Positions 11,568 through 19,852 of a stretch of DNA of 64,000 nucleotides are shown piece after piece. The notes under the pieces are model-generated. The model had not been told where the DNA came from. It was given only the letters and a program-made list of their open reading frames with translations, and did no database searches. Source of the DNA: Desulfarculaceae bacterium (GTDB lineage: Bacteria; Desulfobacterota; Desulfarculia; Desulfarculales; Desulfarculaceae). The translations under genes were made by a program, and so were the position numbers. Numbering within the stretch: position 1 is the stretch's first letter; each line of letters opens with the position of its first letter. Where the stretch lies: NCBI GenBank assembly GCA_020444545.1, contig JAHLKT010000002.1, positions 152,870 to 216,869 on the forward strand, in the 5' to 3' direction.

Positions 11568-11852
11568 ATGAGCACAGCATTGAAACGGAATTTTGCCTGC
11601 CCCGATTATGACCGCTGCCTGAACCAGGCGGTGAAGGCCAAGGACCGTAACTTCGATTGCGAGGGCTGTTCCAAACGCCAGGTGGTCCGCGAGGACTGGG
11701 GCGAGATCCAGCAACAGGACGTGCACCGGGTGGTCACCTTGTTCGAGGCGGTGTGCCGCCGCCAGAGCCGCACCAGTTCCAAGCCGCTTACCCCCGAGGA
11801 CCTGGCCTTTCTGTGGGAAGAGGAAAGGCCCGGCGAGGAGGCCTGCGCCTAA
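11568..11852 (+). CDS. Small hypothetical protein with a 4-Cys (CX5C...CX2C) motif
   Basis: 94-aa ORF in an otherwise empty divergent intergenic region. It has an ATG start and the motif CPDYDRC...CEGC. Its 3' end overlaps the convergent FMN-dehydrogenase gene by 4 nt. No family was recognised. Confidence 0.4.
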   Translation: MSTALKRNFACPDYDRCLNQAVKAKDRNFDCEGCSKRQVVREDWGEIQQQDVHRVVTLFEAVCRRQSRTSSKPLTPEDLAFLWEEERPGEEACA

Positions 11853-12808
11853 GGCCCGGTGATGAGCATGGCGCGGTTCAGCTCCCGGGGAGTTGCCGCG
11901 CCCAAAAGCCCCATGGTGCGGCGCAGTTCCTGGCTCAAGCCGGCGACCACCGCGTGCACCCCGTCGGCCCCGTCGGCGGCCAGGCCCCAGAGCAGGGGCC
12001 GCACCACCCCCACCAGATCGGCCCCCATGGCCAGGCACTTGAGCGCGTCGCTGCCCCGGCGCACCCCGCCGTCGGCCACGATGGCCAAGCGGTCGCGGAC
12101 CACGGCCCGTATCTCGTCCAAGACCTGCAAGGCGTGAGGCAGATAATCCAGGGTGTGGCCGCCGTGGTTGCTCACCACGATGCCGTCCGCCTCGGCCTCT
12201 GCCGCCTTGGCCGCGTCCTCCGCGCTCAACACGCCCTTCAATATCAGTGGGCACTCCACTTCGCGGCGAATTTCGCGTAGCTCGGCCAGGCTGAGCGGCG
12301 CGCAGTCGGCCACCATGGGCTTGTCGCCTACCTTGGTGCCTTCGGCCGCGTCGATCTCCAGGCCGATCCAGGTCACTCCGGCCTTTTGGAACTCCTCGAT
12401 CATTTCGAAGATGCGCCCCCGCTCCCTAAAGGGCTTGGCGTTGGCCACCACCGGCAGGCCCAGGCCGCAGAGCTCGGCCAGGTTGGCGGGCACCGGGCTG
12501 CCGCACCAGAGCAGGCTGCCCGCCTTCTTGAGCCCTTCGGCCACCAGGCTCATGCCGTGCTCGGCGATCTTGGGGATGGGCATGGTAACCGCGGACATGA
12601 TTATGGGCGTGGCCAGCTCCAGGCCCAACACCTCCACCGCCGTGTCGGGCGCGGGCGCGTCGATGTAGCGCGGCTTGAAGGTGTAGGAGTCCAGCACCTT
12701 GCGGTCGTGCTCCAGCACGAAGCCGGTTTCCACCGCGTTCAGCACCCATGCCAGGCCTTTTTCTGCCAGGGCCGCCTGCCCTTGGGCGTAAATCTCGCTC
12801 AACGTCAT
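11849..12808 (-). CDS. FMN-dependent alpha-hydroxy-acid dehydrogenase family protein
   Basis: Start chosen at ATG 12806-12808, behind GGGAGGA. Family motifs are present: ILKGVLSAEDA, IVVSNHGGHTLD, ADGGVRRGSDALKCLAMGADLVGV. Confidence 0.85.
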   Translation of the reverse strand: MTLSEIYAQGQAALAEKGLAWVLNAVETGFVLEHDRKVLDSYTFKPRYIDAPAPDTAVEVLGLELATPIIMSAVTMPIPKIAEHGMSLVAEGLKKAGSLLWCGSPVPANLAELCGLGLPVVANAKPFRERGRIFEMIEEFQKAGVTWIGLEIDAAEGTKVGDKPMVADCAPLSLAELREIRREVECPLILKGVLSAEDAAKAAEAEADGIVVSNHGGHTLDYLPHALQVLDEIRAVVRDRLAIVADGGVRRGSDALKCLAMGADLVGVVRPLLWGLAADGADGVHAVVAGLSQELRRTMGLLGAATPRELNRAMLITGP

Positions 12809-12948
12809 GCCGTCCTCCCGGGTGAATGGTCTTCTACAGATTAGCACGCCCGGCCCCCGGAGCAAGCGATCCGCCTAAGGCGCGGGAAGCAGGGGGTTTC
12901 CAGGGGTGAGGGGGAATGGTTAAGATGGAATTAACCACAAAAAGGTAG

Positions 12949-13437
12949 GTGCCCATGGACCATCTGGAATTCCTGAGCACGGTGGCGATGCTGGAGGGGC
13001 TGGCCCTGCCCGAGCTGATGAAGCTGGCCGCCTTGGCCCGGGGCGGCGAGGCCCGCGAAGGCGAGCGTATTTCCACCGAAGGCAAGCCGGCCGAGGAGCT
13101 GTTCATCCTGCGGCAGGGCGCGGGCGAGCTGCGTTACGAGCTGCCCGGCCGCGAGTCTACGAGCGACCACGCCCTGTCCACCCTGGAGCCCGGCTTGGCC
13201 TGGGGGTGGTCGGCCCTGGTGCCGCCGCATATCTACACCCTCTCGGCCTACTGCACCTCGGGGCAGTGCTCCTTCCTGCGCCTGGGGCGCGAGGCCCTGG
13301 AGGCCCTGTTCGAAGCCAACCCGCGCATCGGGTATATTTTTATGCGCAACCTGGCCTACATCATCGGGCAGCGCTTCAACGCGGCCCAGGACGAGCTGGC
13401 CCGCGCGCAGGGGTTCGACCAGATGCACCAGTGGTGA
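12949..13437 (+). CDS. Cyclic-nucleotide-binding domain protein (no DNA-binding domain)
   Basis: 162-aa ORF with a cNMP-binding beta-roll pattern (GERISTEGKPAEELFILRQGAGELRYEL...). No HTH follows it. Confidence 0.7.
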   Translation: MPMDHLEFLSTVAMLEGLALPELMKLAALARGGEAREGERISTEGKPAEELFILRQGAGELRYELPGRESTSDHALSTLEPGLAWGWSALVPPHIYTLSAYCTSGQCSFLRLGREALEALFEANPRIGYIFMRNLAYIIGQRFNAAQDELARAQGFDQMHQW

Positions 13438-13465
13438 GCCAAGGGGCGCGGCGGGAAGGAACAAC

Positions 13466-14329
13466 TTGAGCCCGCAAGCAGACGACCCCTCCCTGACGCG
13501 CCGCGAGGTGCTCAGCCTCGACGGCCCCCGCCGGGAGGCCCGCCAAGACGAGATGGCCCGCGAGGCCCCCTGCGAGATACGCCTGGAGGGCCGCTCCCAT
13601 GTATTGCTCATGGCCACCCCGGCCGGCCTGGAGGCCCTGGCCCTGGGCTTTTTGCTCAGCGAGGGCGTGGTCTCCCGGCCGGAGCAGGTGCTGGAGCTGA
13701 GCACCGGCCGCGGTGAGCTGCCCGGCATGGGGCCGGTGCATTGGGTGGACGCCCGCCTGGAGCCCGGCCTGGCCCGCCAGGCCCGCGCCCGCCGGGTGGC
13801 CCCGGCGGCCACCTCCTGCGGCCTCTGCGGCCTGGAGTCCTTCCGCGACCTGAGCGGGGGCATCGCGCCGGTGGCTTCCGGGTTCACCGTGGAGCTGGCG
13901 ATCATCCAAAAACAATTCGAGGCCATGGAAGCGGAACAGGAGCTTTTCCGCCGCTCGGGGGCCACCCATGCCGTGGCCCTGGGCACCGCCGAGGGCCAGC
14001 TCATTTGCGTGGGAGAGGACGTGGGCCGTCACAACGCCCTGGACAAGGCCATCGGCATGGCCATCAAACAGAGCCGCGACCTGGGCCAATGCGTGTGCAC
14101 CGTGTCCGGCCGCCTGAGCATGGAGATGGTGCTCAAGGCGGCCCGGGCCGGGCTGCCGGTGGTGGCCTCGGTCTCGGCGGCCACCGCCCTGGGCCAGAGC
14201 CTGGGCCAGGAGCTGGGCCTGACCCTGCTGGGCTTCGTGCGGGGCGAGAGGGCCACTCTCTACAGCCACGCCGAACGCGTGTTGCAAGAGGGCCGCCCCC
14301 TGGCAGGCCCGGTCCCGGCGGGTTTGTGA
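13466..14329 (+). CDS. fdhD: FdhD-type sulfurtransferase (formate dehydrogenase / metallopterin maturation)
   Basis: 287-aa ORF with a TTG start. It has the conserved cysteine pair ATSCGLCG and the signature GRHNALDKAIG. Confidence 0.9.
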   Translation: MSPQADDPSLTRREVLSLDGPRREARQDEMAREAPCEIRLEGRSHVLLMATPAGLEALALGFLLSEGVVSRPEQVLELSTGRGELPGMGPVHWVDARLEPGLARQARARRVAPAATSCGLCGLESFRDLSGGIAPVASGFTVELAIIQKQFEAMEAEQELFRRSGATHAVALGTAEGQLICVGEDVGRHNALDKAIGMAIKQSRDLGQCVCTVSGRLSMEMVLKAARAGLPVVASVSAATALGQSLGQELGLTLLGFVRGERATLYSHAERVLQEGRPLAGPVPAGL

Positions 14330-14371
14330 TAAGCTTGCCGGGTCGCGGCCTTTAGTCATCGGAGCAACGCC

Positions 14372-14944
14372 ATGCCCACCCCCCAGCCCCTCATCGCCGG
14401 CCTCACCGCCCAAGAGTATCTCCTCCGGGTGGAGGAGTTCCATGGCCACGTGTCGCCGGGCACCACCATGGGCGGCTTTCTGGTGGGCGCGGCCTGGGAT
14501 CTCTTGGGCGACACGCCCTATATCAACGCGGTGGTGGAGACCATGGTCTGTTTGCCCGACGCAGTGCAGCTGATAACTCCCTGCACCCTGGGCAACGGGT
14601 TCTTGCAGCTTCTTGATTGGGGCAAGTTCGCGGTGACGCTCTACGACCGCGAGACCCTGGAGGGCGCGCGGGCCTGGGTGGAGGTGGGCGATATCGAGCG
14701 CTTCCCCCGGGTGGCGGACTGGTTCCTGCGCCGGGGCGGCAAGGTGGACAAGCAGCAGGTGGTGCAAGACATCCTGGACGGCGGCTACGTGCTGGCCCAG
14801 GCCGCGCCGGTGCGTATGCGTTCCTGGCTCAAGCCCGTCGAGAAGGTCTCCACCGGCCCCTGCGCGGGGTGCGGGGAGTATCACCCCTTGCGCCAGGGCG
14901 AGCTGTGCCCGGCCTGCGCGGGCCAGGCCTATTACCATAGCTAG
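14372..14944 (+). CDS. FmdE-family protein with a C-terminal zinc ribbon
   Basis: 190-aa ORF with the FmdE motif FHGHVSPGTTMGGFLVG and a C-terminal CAGCGEYHPLRQGELCPAC. Confidence 0.85.
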   Translation: MPTPQPLIAGLTAQEYLLRVEEFHGHVSPGTTMGGFLVGAAWDLLGDTPYINAVVETMVCLPDAVQLITPCTLGNGFLQLLDWGKFAVTLYDRETLEGARAWVEVGDIERFPRVADWFLRRGGKVDKQQVVQDILDGGYVLAQAAPVRMRSWLKPVEKVSTGPCAGCGEYHPLRQGELCPACAGQAYYHS

Positions 14945-14962
14945 GCGAGGCGGGGAGAGGTC

Positions 14963-15325
14963 ATGGCGCGGGTGCAGTTCAAGCTTTGGGTCGAGGAGGA
15001 GGGCAAGGTCCTGTTCGGCGAAGGCCGCCTGGCCCTGTTGCAGGCGGTGCACGAGGCCGGCTCCCTGGCCGGGGCGGCCCGCCAAATGTCCATGAGCTAC
15101 CGCGCGGCCTGGGGCCGCCTTCGGGCCTCGGAAAGCCGCCTGGGCTTCAGCCTGCTGGAGCGCCGCGGCAAGGGACGCCGCGAGGTGCGCCTCACCGAAC
15201 AGGCCCTCAAGCTGATGGCCAGGCACCGGGCCATGGAAAAGGAGGCCGAGCGCTTGGCCGCAAAGTACCAAAAACAGTGGGACCAGGAGCTGGCCGCCCT
15301 GCGCGGCAAGGAGGGCGCGGCATGA
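14963..15325 (+). CDS. ModE N-terminal-like winged-helix regulator
   Basis: 120-aa ORF. GSLAGAARQMSMSYRAAWGRLRASESRLGFSLLERRGKG matches the ModE/LysR-type HTH N-domain. No Mop (molybdate-binding) domains are present. Confidence 0.78.
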   Translation: MARVQFKLWVEEEGKVLFGEGRLALLQAVHEAGSLAGAARQMSMSYRAAWGRLRASESRLGFSLLERRGKGRREVRLTEQALKLMARHRAMEKEAERLAAKYQKQWDQELAALRGKEGAA

Positions 15326-15777
15326 TGCCCCGGGTGGTGCATGTGGACGGACCGGCCGGGCCGGAGCGCGAGGCCCTGGCCCAGGGGCTCATGCAAGCCC
15401 TGGCCCAGCAAGGCGTGGCCGTGGGGCTGCTGCGGGCCAACGGCGAAGGGGTGGCCCTGAGCCTGCCCCTGGAGGGCGGCGCGGGCGAGGCCCTGGTTGG
15501 TCTGCGCGGCCTGGAGCTGGTCATCAGCCTGCTGCCTCCGGGCGAGGGCCAGGAGACCCTGAGCATCGAGCCCGGCCGCGAGGCCGAGCTGGCCGAAGAG
15601 CTGGCCGCCCGCCGGGCCAAGAGCCAGGGCGAGCGGCGCCTGACCATCCTGGCCGACGGCAAGCCGGTGCCGGCCAAGCCGTTCGTGCGCGACATCCTGG
15701 CCAACAGCCTGGACGGCCTGCTGCGGCCCTTGCACGGCATTCAGGGCGCGGGCCGCTTGGAGATAATCATCGAGTAG
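15322..15777 (+). CDS. Hypothetical protein (possibly MobB-like with a degenerate P-loop)
   Basis: The ATG at 15322 overlaps the TGA of the ModE-like gene (ATGA). The 151-aa product starts MMPRVVHVDGPAGPEREALAQGLMQAL. The functional guess comes from the position of GPAGPE where a Walker A would sit, and from gene context only. Confidence 0.45.
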   Translation: MMPRVVHVDGPAGPEREALAQGLMQALAQQGVAVGLLRANGEGVALSLPLEGGAGEALVGLRGLELVISLLPPGEGQETLSIEPGREAELAEELAARRAKSQGERRLTILADGKPVPAKPFVRDILANSLDGLLRPLHGIQGAGRLEIIIE

Positions 15778-15929
15778 GCCTTTGGCCTGTCCATCGCCTG
15801 CCCCGGCAACCGCGCCCCAGCGGCGCCACGAGTAACTTTCATCGCGCGACCGATCCGCGTAGGCTTTTAGGCAAGGGGCTGCTCCTAAGAAAGGGCGGCC
15901 CGCGTCCGGGTCGGGAGCTGGGAGGCGGC

Positions 15930-16637
15930 ATGAGCCGGGGCCTGATCAAAAAGTTGGTGATCCTGGGTTTGGTGGTGGCGGCGGTCTTGGCCTTTTGGCT
16001 GCTGGACCTGGGGCAATACTTTTCCCTGAGCTACGTCAAAGATTCCCGTCAGGCCTTCCAGGCCTATTACCACGCCCACCCGGCCTTGATGCTGGGCGGC
16101 TACTTCCTGGTCTACGTGCTGGTCACCGCCTTTTCCCTGCCCGGCGCGGTGGTGATGACCCTGGCGGGCGGGGCCTTGTTCGGCTTCTGGGAGACCCTCT
16201 TGGTGGTCTCCTTCGCCTCCAGCATCGGGGCCACCCTGGCCTGCTTCTTCGCCCGCTTCGTCTTGGGCAACTGGGTGCAGGCCCGCTTCGGCGACAAGCT
16301 GGAGGCGATCAACCGGGGGGTGGAGCGGGAAGGGGCCTTTTATCTGTTCACCCTGCGCCTGGTGCCGCTGTTCCCCTTCTTCGTTATCAACCTGGTCATG
16401 GGCCTGACCAAGATGCCGCTGCGCACCTTCTACTGGGTCAGCCAGCTGGGCATGTTGCCGGGCACCATGGTGTTCACCAACGCGGGCAAGGAGCTGGGCC
16501 AGATCGACAGCCTGGGGGGAATCCTCTCGCCCGGGCTGATCATCAGCTTCGTGATCCTGGGTCTGTTCCCGCTGGTGGTCAAAAAGGGCCTGGCCTGGTA
16601 CCGCCGCCGCACCGGGCGCAAGCAGATCATCGAGTAG
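15930..16637 (+). CDS. TVP38/TMEM64 (DedA-related) family membrane protein
   Basis: 235-aa ORF with multiple TM helices and a family-typical core (LPGAVVMTLAGGALFGFW...FYLFTLRLVPLFPFFVINLVMGLTKMPLRTFYWVSQLGMLPGT). Confidence 0.85.
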   Translation: MSRGLIKKLVILGLVVAAVLAFWLLDLGQYFSLSYVKDSRQAFQAYYHAHPALMLGGYFLVYVLVTAFSLPGAVVMTLAGGALFGFWETLLVVSFASSIGATLACFFARFVLGNWVQARFGDKLEAINRGVEREGAFYLFTLRLVPLFPFFVINLVMGLTKMPLRTFYWVSQLGMLPGTMVFTNAGKELGQIDSLGGILSPGLIISFVILGLFPLVVKKGLAWYRRRTGRKQIIE

Positions 16638-16653
16638 CCGGAAGGGAGGGGGC

Positions 16654-18126
16654 ATGGCGACGTATGATTACGACCTGGGGGTGCTAGGCGGGGGCTCGGC
16701 CGGGCTGACCCTTACCTCGGGCGCGGCCCAGCTGGGGGCCAAGACCCTGCTCATCGAAAAGGAGCCCCGCCTGGGCGGCGATTGCCTGCACTACGGCTGC
16801 GTGCCCTCCAAGACCCTGATCAAGACCGCGCGGGTCTATCACTTGATGAAGCAGGCGGACCGCTTCGGCCTTCCGCCGGTGGAGACCCCGCCGGTGGACT
16901 TCGCGCGGGTGCGCGACCGCATCAAGGGGGTCATCGCCACCATCCAGGAGCACGACAGCGAGGCCCGATTTTGCTCCCTGGGCGCGGCGGTGCGCTTCGG
17001 CTCGGCCCGCTTCGTGGACGAGCACAGCGTGGAGTTGGATGGCAAACGCATCTCGGCCAAGGCCTGGCTCATCGCCACGGGCTCCTCCCCGGCCGCTCCG
17101 CCGGTGCCCGGCTTGAGCGAAACGCCCTACATCACTAACAAGGAAATTTTCTACCTGGACAAGTTGCCCGAGTCGCTCATCGTCCTGGGCGCGGGGCCCA
17201 TCGCCATCGAGATGGCCCAGGCCTTCGCCCGTCTGGGGAGCAAGGTCAGCGTGGTGCAGCGCTCCGGCCAGATCCTCTCCAAAGAGGACAAGGACTTGGC
17301 CGACGGGGTGATGGCCGCGCTCATGGCCGAGGGCGTGGAGTTTTACCTCAACGCCAAGGTGACCGGCGCGCGGGAGGTTGGCGGCAGGCCGCACCTGGCC
17401 TTCACCAACGCGGACGGCAAGGCCAGGGAGCTGAGCGCCGAGCGTATGCTGGTGGCCTTGGGCCGTAGGGCCAACCTGGAAGGCCTGGGCCTGGAGGACA
17501 TCGGCGTGGAATTCGACGCCAAGGGCCTCAAGCTGGACGCCCGCCTGCGCACCGCGCACAAGCACATCTACGGCGCGGGCGACGTGACCGGCGGCAACCA
17601 GTTCACCCACGCGGCGGGTTACGAAGGCGGGGTGGTGCTGGCCAACGCTGTGCTGCACCTGCCTCGCAAGACGGACTACACCTGGCTGCCCTGGTGCACC
17701 TACGCCGACCCCGAGCTGGCCTCCATCGGCCTGAACGAGAAGGCGGCCGAGGCGGCGGGGCTTAAGTACACCGTGTGGAGCGAGCAGTTCGCGGGCAATG
17801 ACCGGGCCCTGGCCGAGGGCGAGGCCGAGGGGCGCATTAAGCTGATCCTGGATCAGGACGAGAAGATTCTGGGGGCGCAGATATTGGGTCTGCACGCGGG
17901 CGAGCTGATCAACGAGTGGGTGGCCGTGGCCGGGGGCAAGGTGAAGCTCTCCACCATGGCCGGGGCCATGCACCCCTATCCCACCCTGGGCGAGATAAGC
18001 AAGCGGGTGGCCGGCGACGTGCTGGCCCCCAAGCTTTTTTCGGACCTGGTGAAAAAGGGGCTCAAGCTTTTCTTCTCCACCCGGGGCCGGGCCTGCACCC
18101 CGCCCACGGGCGGCACAGCCCAATAG
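16654..18126 (+). CDS. Pyridine nucleotide-disulfide oxidoreductase (dihydrolipoamide dehydrogenase / mercuric-reductase-like)
   Basis: 490-aa ORF. FAD motif GGGSAG; redox-active disulfide GGDCLHYGCVPSKTL; NAD motif VLGAGPIAIEMAQ; C-terminal dimerisation domain with HPYPTLGE. Confidence 0.9.
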   Translation: MATYDYDLGVLGGGSAGLTLTSGAAQLGAKTLLIEKEPRLGGDCLHYGCVPSKTLIKTARVYHLMKQADRFGLPPVETPPVDFARVRDRIKGVIATIQEHDSEARFCSLGAAVRFGSARFVDEHSVELDGKRISAKAWLIATGSSPAAPPVPGLSETPYITNKEIFYLDKLPESLIVLGAGPIAIEMAQAFARLGSKVSVVQRSGQILSKEDKDLADGVMAALMAEGVEFYLNAKVTGAREVGGRPHLAFTNADGKARELSAERMLVALGRRANLEGLGLEDIGVEFDAKGLKLDARLRTAHKHIYGAGDVTGGNQFTHAAGYEGGVVLANAVLHLPRKTDYTWLPWCTYADPELASIGLNEKAAEAAGLKYTVWSEQFAGNDRALAEGEAEGRIKLILDQDEKILGAQILGLHAGELINEWVAVAGGKVKLSTMAGAMHPYPTLGEISKRVAGDVLAPKLFSDLVKKGLKLFFSTRGRACTPPTGGTAQ

Positions 18127-18155
18127 GGACACCTTCGGCAGCAACGAGGTAGGAC

Positions 18156-19103
18156 ATGCCCAGCATTCTGACCGCGGACATAGGGGCCACCAACAGCCGC
18201 TTCGCCCATGTGGCGGGCGAGGAAGACCAAGGCCTGGAGCTCAAGAACAGCGTGTGGCTCAAGACCGCCGAGGCCGGGACCTTTCAGCATCTGCTGGAGC
18301 AGGTGGAGGCTTCGGAGCTGGGCCTGGCCCCCAAAGAGGCGGACCTAGCCTGCTTCGCGGTGGCCGGGCCGGTCATAGGCGGCACCTATTGCCAGCCGCC
18401 CTGGATCGAGTGGGACATCGACCTGGAGCGCGACCGCCCGGCCCACGGCCTGGGGCCCAGCCTGCTGATCAACGACTTCGTGGCCCAGGCCTGGGCCTGC
18501 CGCACCCCGGCGGTGGACGATGCCCGCGAGGTGCTCTCCGGCGACCCGGATCCTGACGGGGTGATCGGGGTGATCGGCGCGGGCACCAGCCTGGGGCACG
18601 CCGCCCTCTTGCCCGGCGCGGGCGGTCTGGTGTTGGCCTCGGAGTTCGGTCACGCGCCTTTTCCATTCGCCGGGGGCCGCGAGCGCGAGTACCGCGAGTT
18701 CCTCAGCGGCCAGGTGGACATGGACCAGCCCAGCAACGACGTGACCGTGTCGGGCCGGGGCCTGGCTCACGTGCACCACTTCCTGAGCGGCGACAAGCTG
18801 AGCCCCAAGGAGGCTGGGCAGGCCATGGGCGAGGACTCGGAGACGGTGCGCTGGATGGCCCGCTTCTATGGCCGGGCCTGCCGCCAGTGGGCCTTGGGCT
18901 GCCTGGCCCTGGGCGGGCTCTACATCGCCGGGGGCCTGGCCGCCAAACTGCCGGTCTTGGTGGAGCACCCCGCGTTCGGCCGCGAGTTCCGCCTGGCCGA
19001 GAGCATGGTCCACGTCCTGGAGCGCATTCCGGTTTTGCTCAACACCAACGAGCAGAGCGGCCTGTGGGGGGCCGCCGCCGCGGCCCTTCATTGGCGGAGC
19101 TGA
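18156..19103 (+). CDS. glk: Glucokinase
   Basis: 315-aa ORF. N-terminal LTADIGATNSRFA and the pattern INDFVAQAW...GAGTSLG...GLYIAGG are typical of Glk/ROK-like glucokinases. Confidence 0.8.
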   Translation: MPSILTADIGATNSRFAHVAGEEDQGLELKNSVWLKTAEAGTFQHLLEQVEASELGLAPKEADLACFAVAGPVIGGTYCQPPWIEWDIDLERDRPAHGLGPSLLINDFVAQAWACRTPAVDDAREVLSGDPDPDGVIGVIGAGTSLGHAALLPGAGGLVLASEFGHAPFPFAGGREREYREFLSGQVDMDQPSNDVTVSGRGLAHVHHFLSGDKLSPKEAGQAMGEDSETVRWMARFYGRACRQWALGCLALGGLYIAGGLAAKLPVLVEHPAFGREFRLAESMVHVLERIPVLLNTNEQSGLWGAAAAALHWRS

Positions 19104-19191
19104 CCCGTATATAATTAGTAGGCAAGTAGGGAATTCGCCGCGCCGGGGAGGGCGCGCCTGGTTCCCCGGGGGTGGGAAAGCAGCCTAAATA

Positions 19192-19848
19192 ATGCAGCCA
19201 AGACGCAAGTTCCTGGCCCTGGGCCTCGGTTGCCTGGCCGGGCTCAATCTTGTCCTGGCCTGGCCTTCCCGGGGTTGGGCCGCGCTCAAGCGCCAGATCC
19301 TGCCGGCCCACACCAAACCCACCGGCCTTTTCAACCGCGACCCCAAGGGCATTGACAACCGCAACCTTTCGGTGACCCCCATCGAGCAGTTCGGCACCAT
19401 GGGCCAGAGCGACCTCAAGCTGGACCCTGCCAAGTGGCGTTTGGTGGTTCAGGGCAAGCTGAGGCAGCCGCTGAGCCTGGACCTGGCCACGCTGCGGGCC
19501 CGGCCCCAGATGCAGCGGACAGTGCTGCTCATCTGCCCGGGGGTGTTCTCCTATAACGCGGTGTATCAGGGCTTCAGCCTGGGCAAGCTGCTGGAGGAGA
19601 CGGGCCTGGACCCCATGGCCGACATGGTGGAGATTCGCGGGCCCAATGGCGGCTACACCAAGATCGAGCACTTCAAGCTGAGCGAGGTGCTCTCGGACAA
19701 GGTGTGGCTGGCCTACCAGGTCAACGGCAAGGACCTGCCTCCCAAGCACGGCTTCCCGCTCAGGGTGGTGGCGGGAGACCACTACGGCGACGACTGGGTC
19801 AAGTACGTGAGCAAGATCACGGTTCGGGCCACTGGGAAGAGGGGGTAG
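19192..19848 (+). CDS. Tat-exported molybdopterin-dependent oxidoreductase, sulfite-oxidase fold (MsrP/YedY family)
   Basis: 218-aa ORF with the twin-arginine motif PRRKFLALG, the candidate Mo-ligand context LLICPG, and HGFPLRVVAGDHYGDDWVKYVSKI, typical of the Oxidored_molyb domain. Confidence 0.8.
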   Translation: MQPRRKFLALGLGCLAGLNLVLAWPSRGWAALKRQILPAHTKPTGLFNRDPKGIDNRNLSVTPIEQFGTMGQSDLKLDPAKWRLVVQGKLRQPLSLDLATLRARPQMQRTVLLICPGVFSYNAVYQGFSLGKLLEETGLDPMADMVEIRGPNGGYTKIEHFKLSEVLSDKVWLAYQVNGKDLPPKHGFPLRVVAGDHYGDDWVKYVSKITVRATGKRG

Positions 19849-19852
19849 GGCC

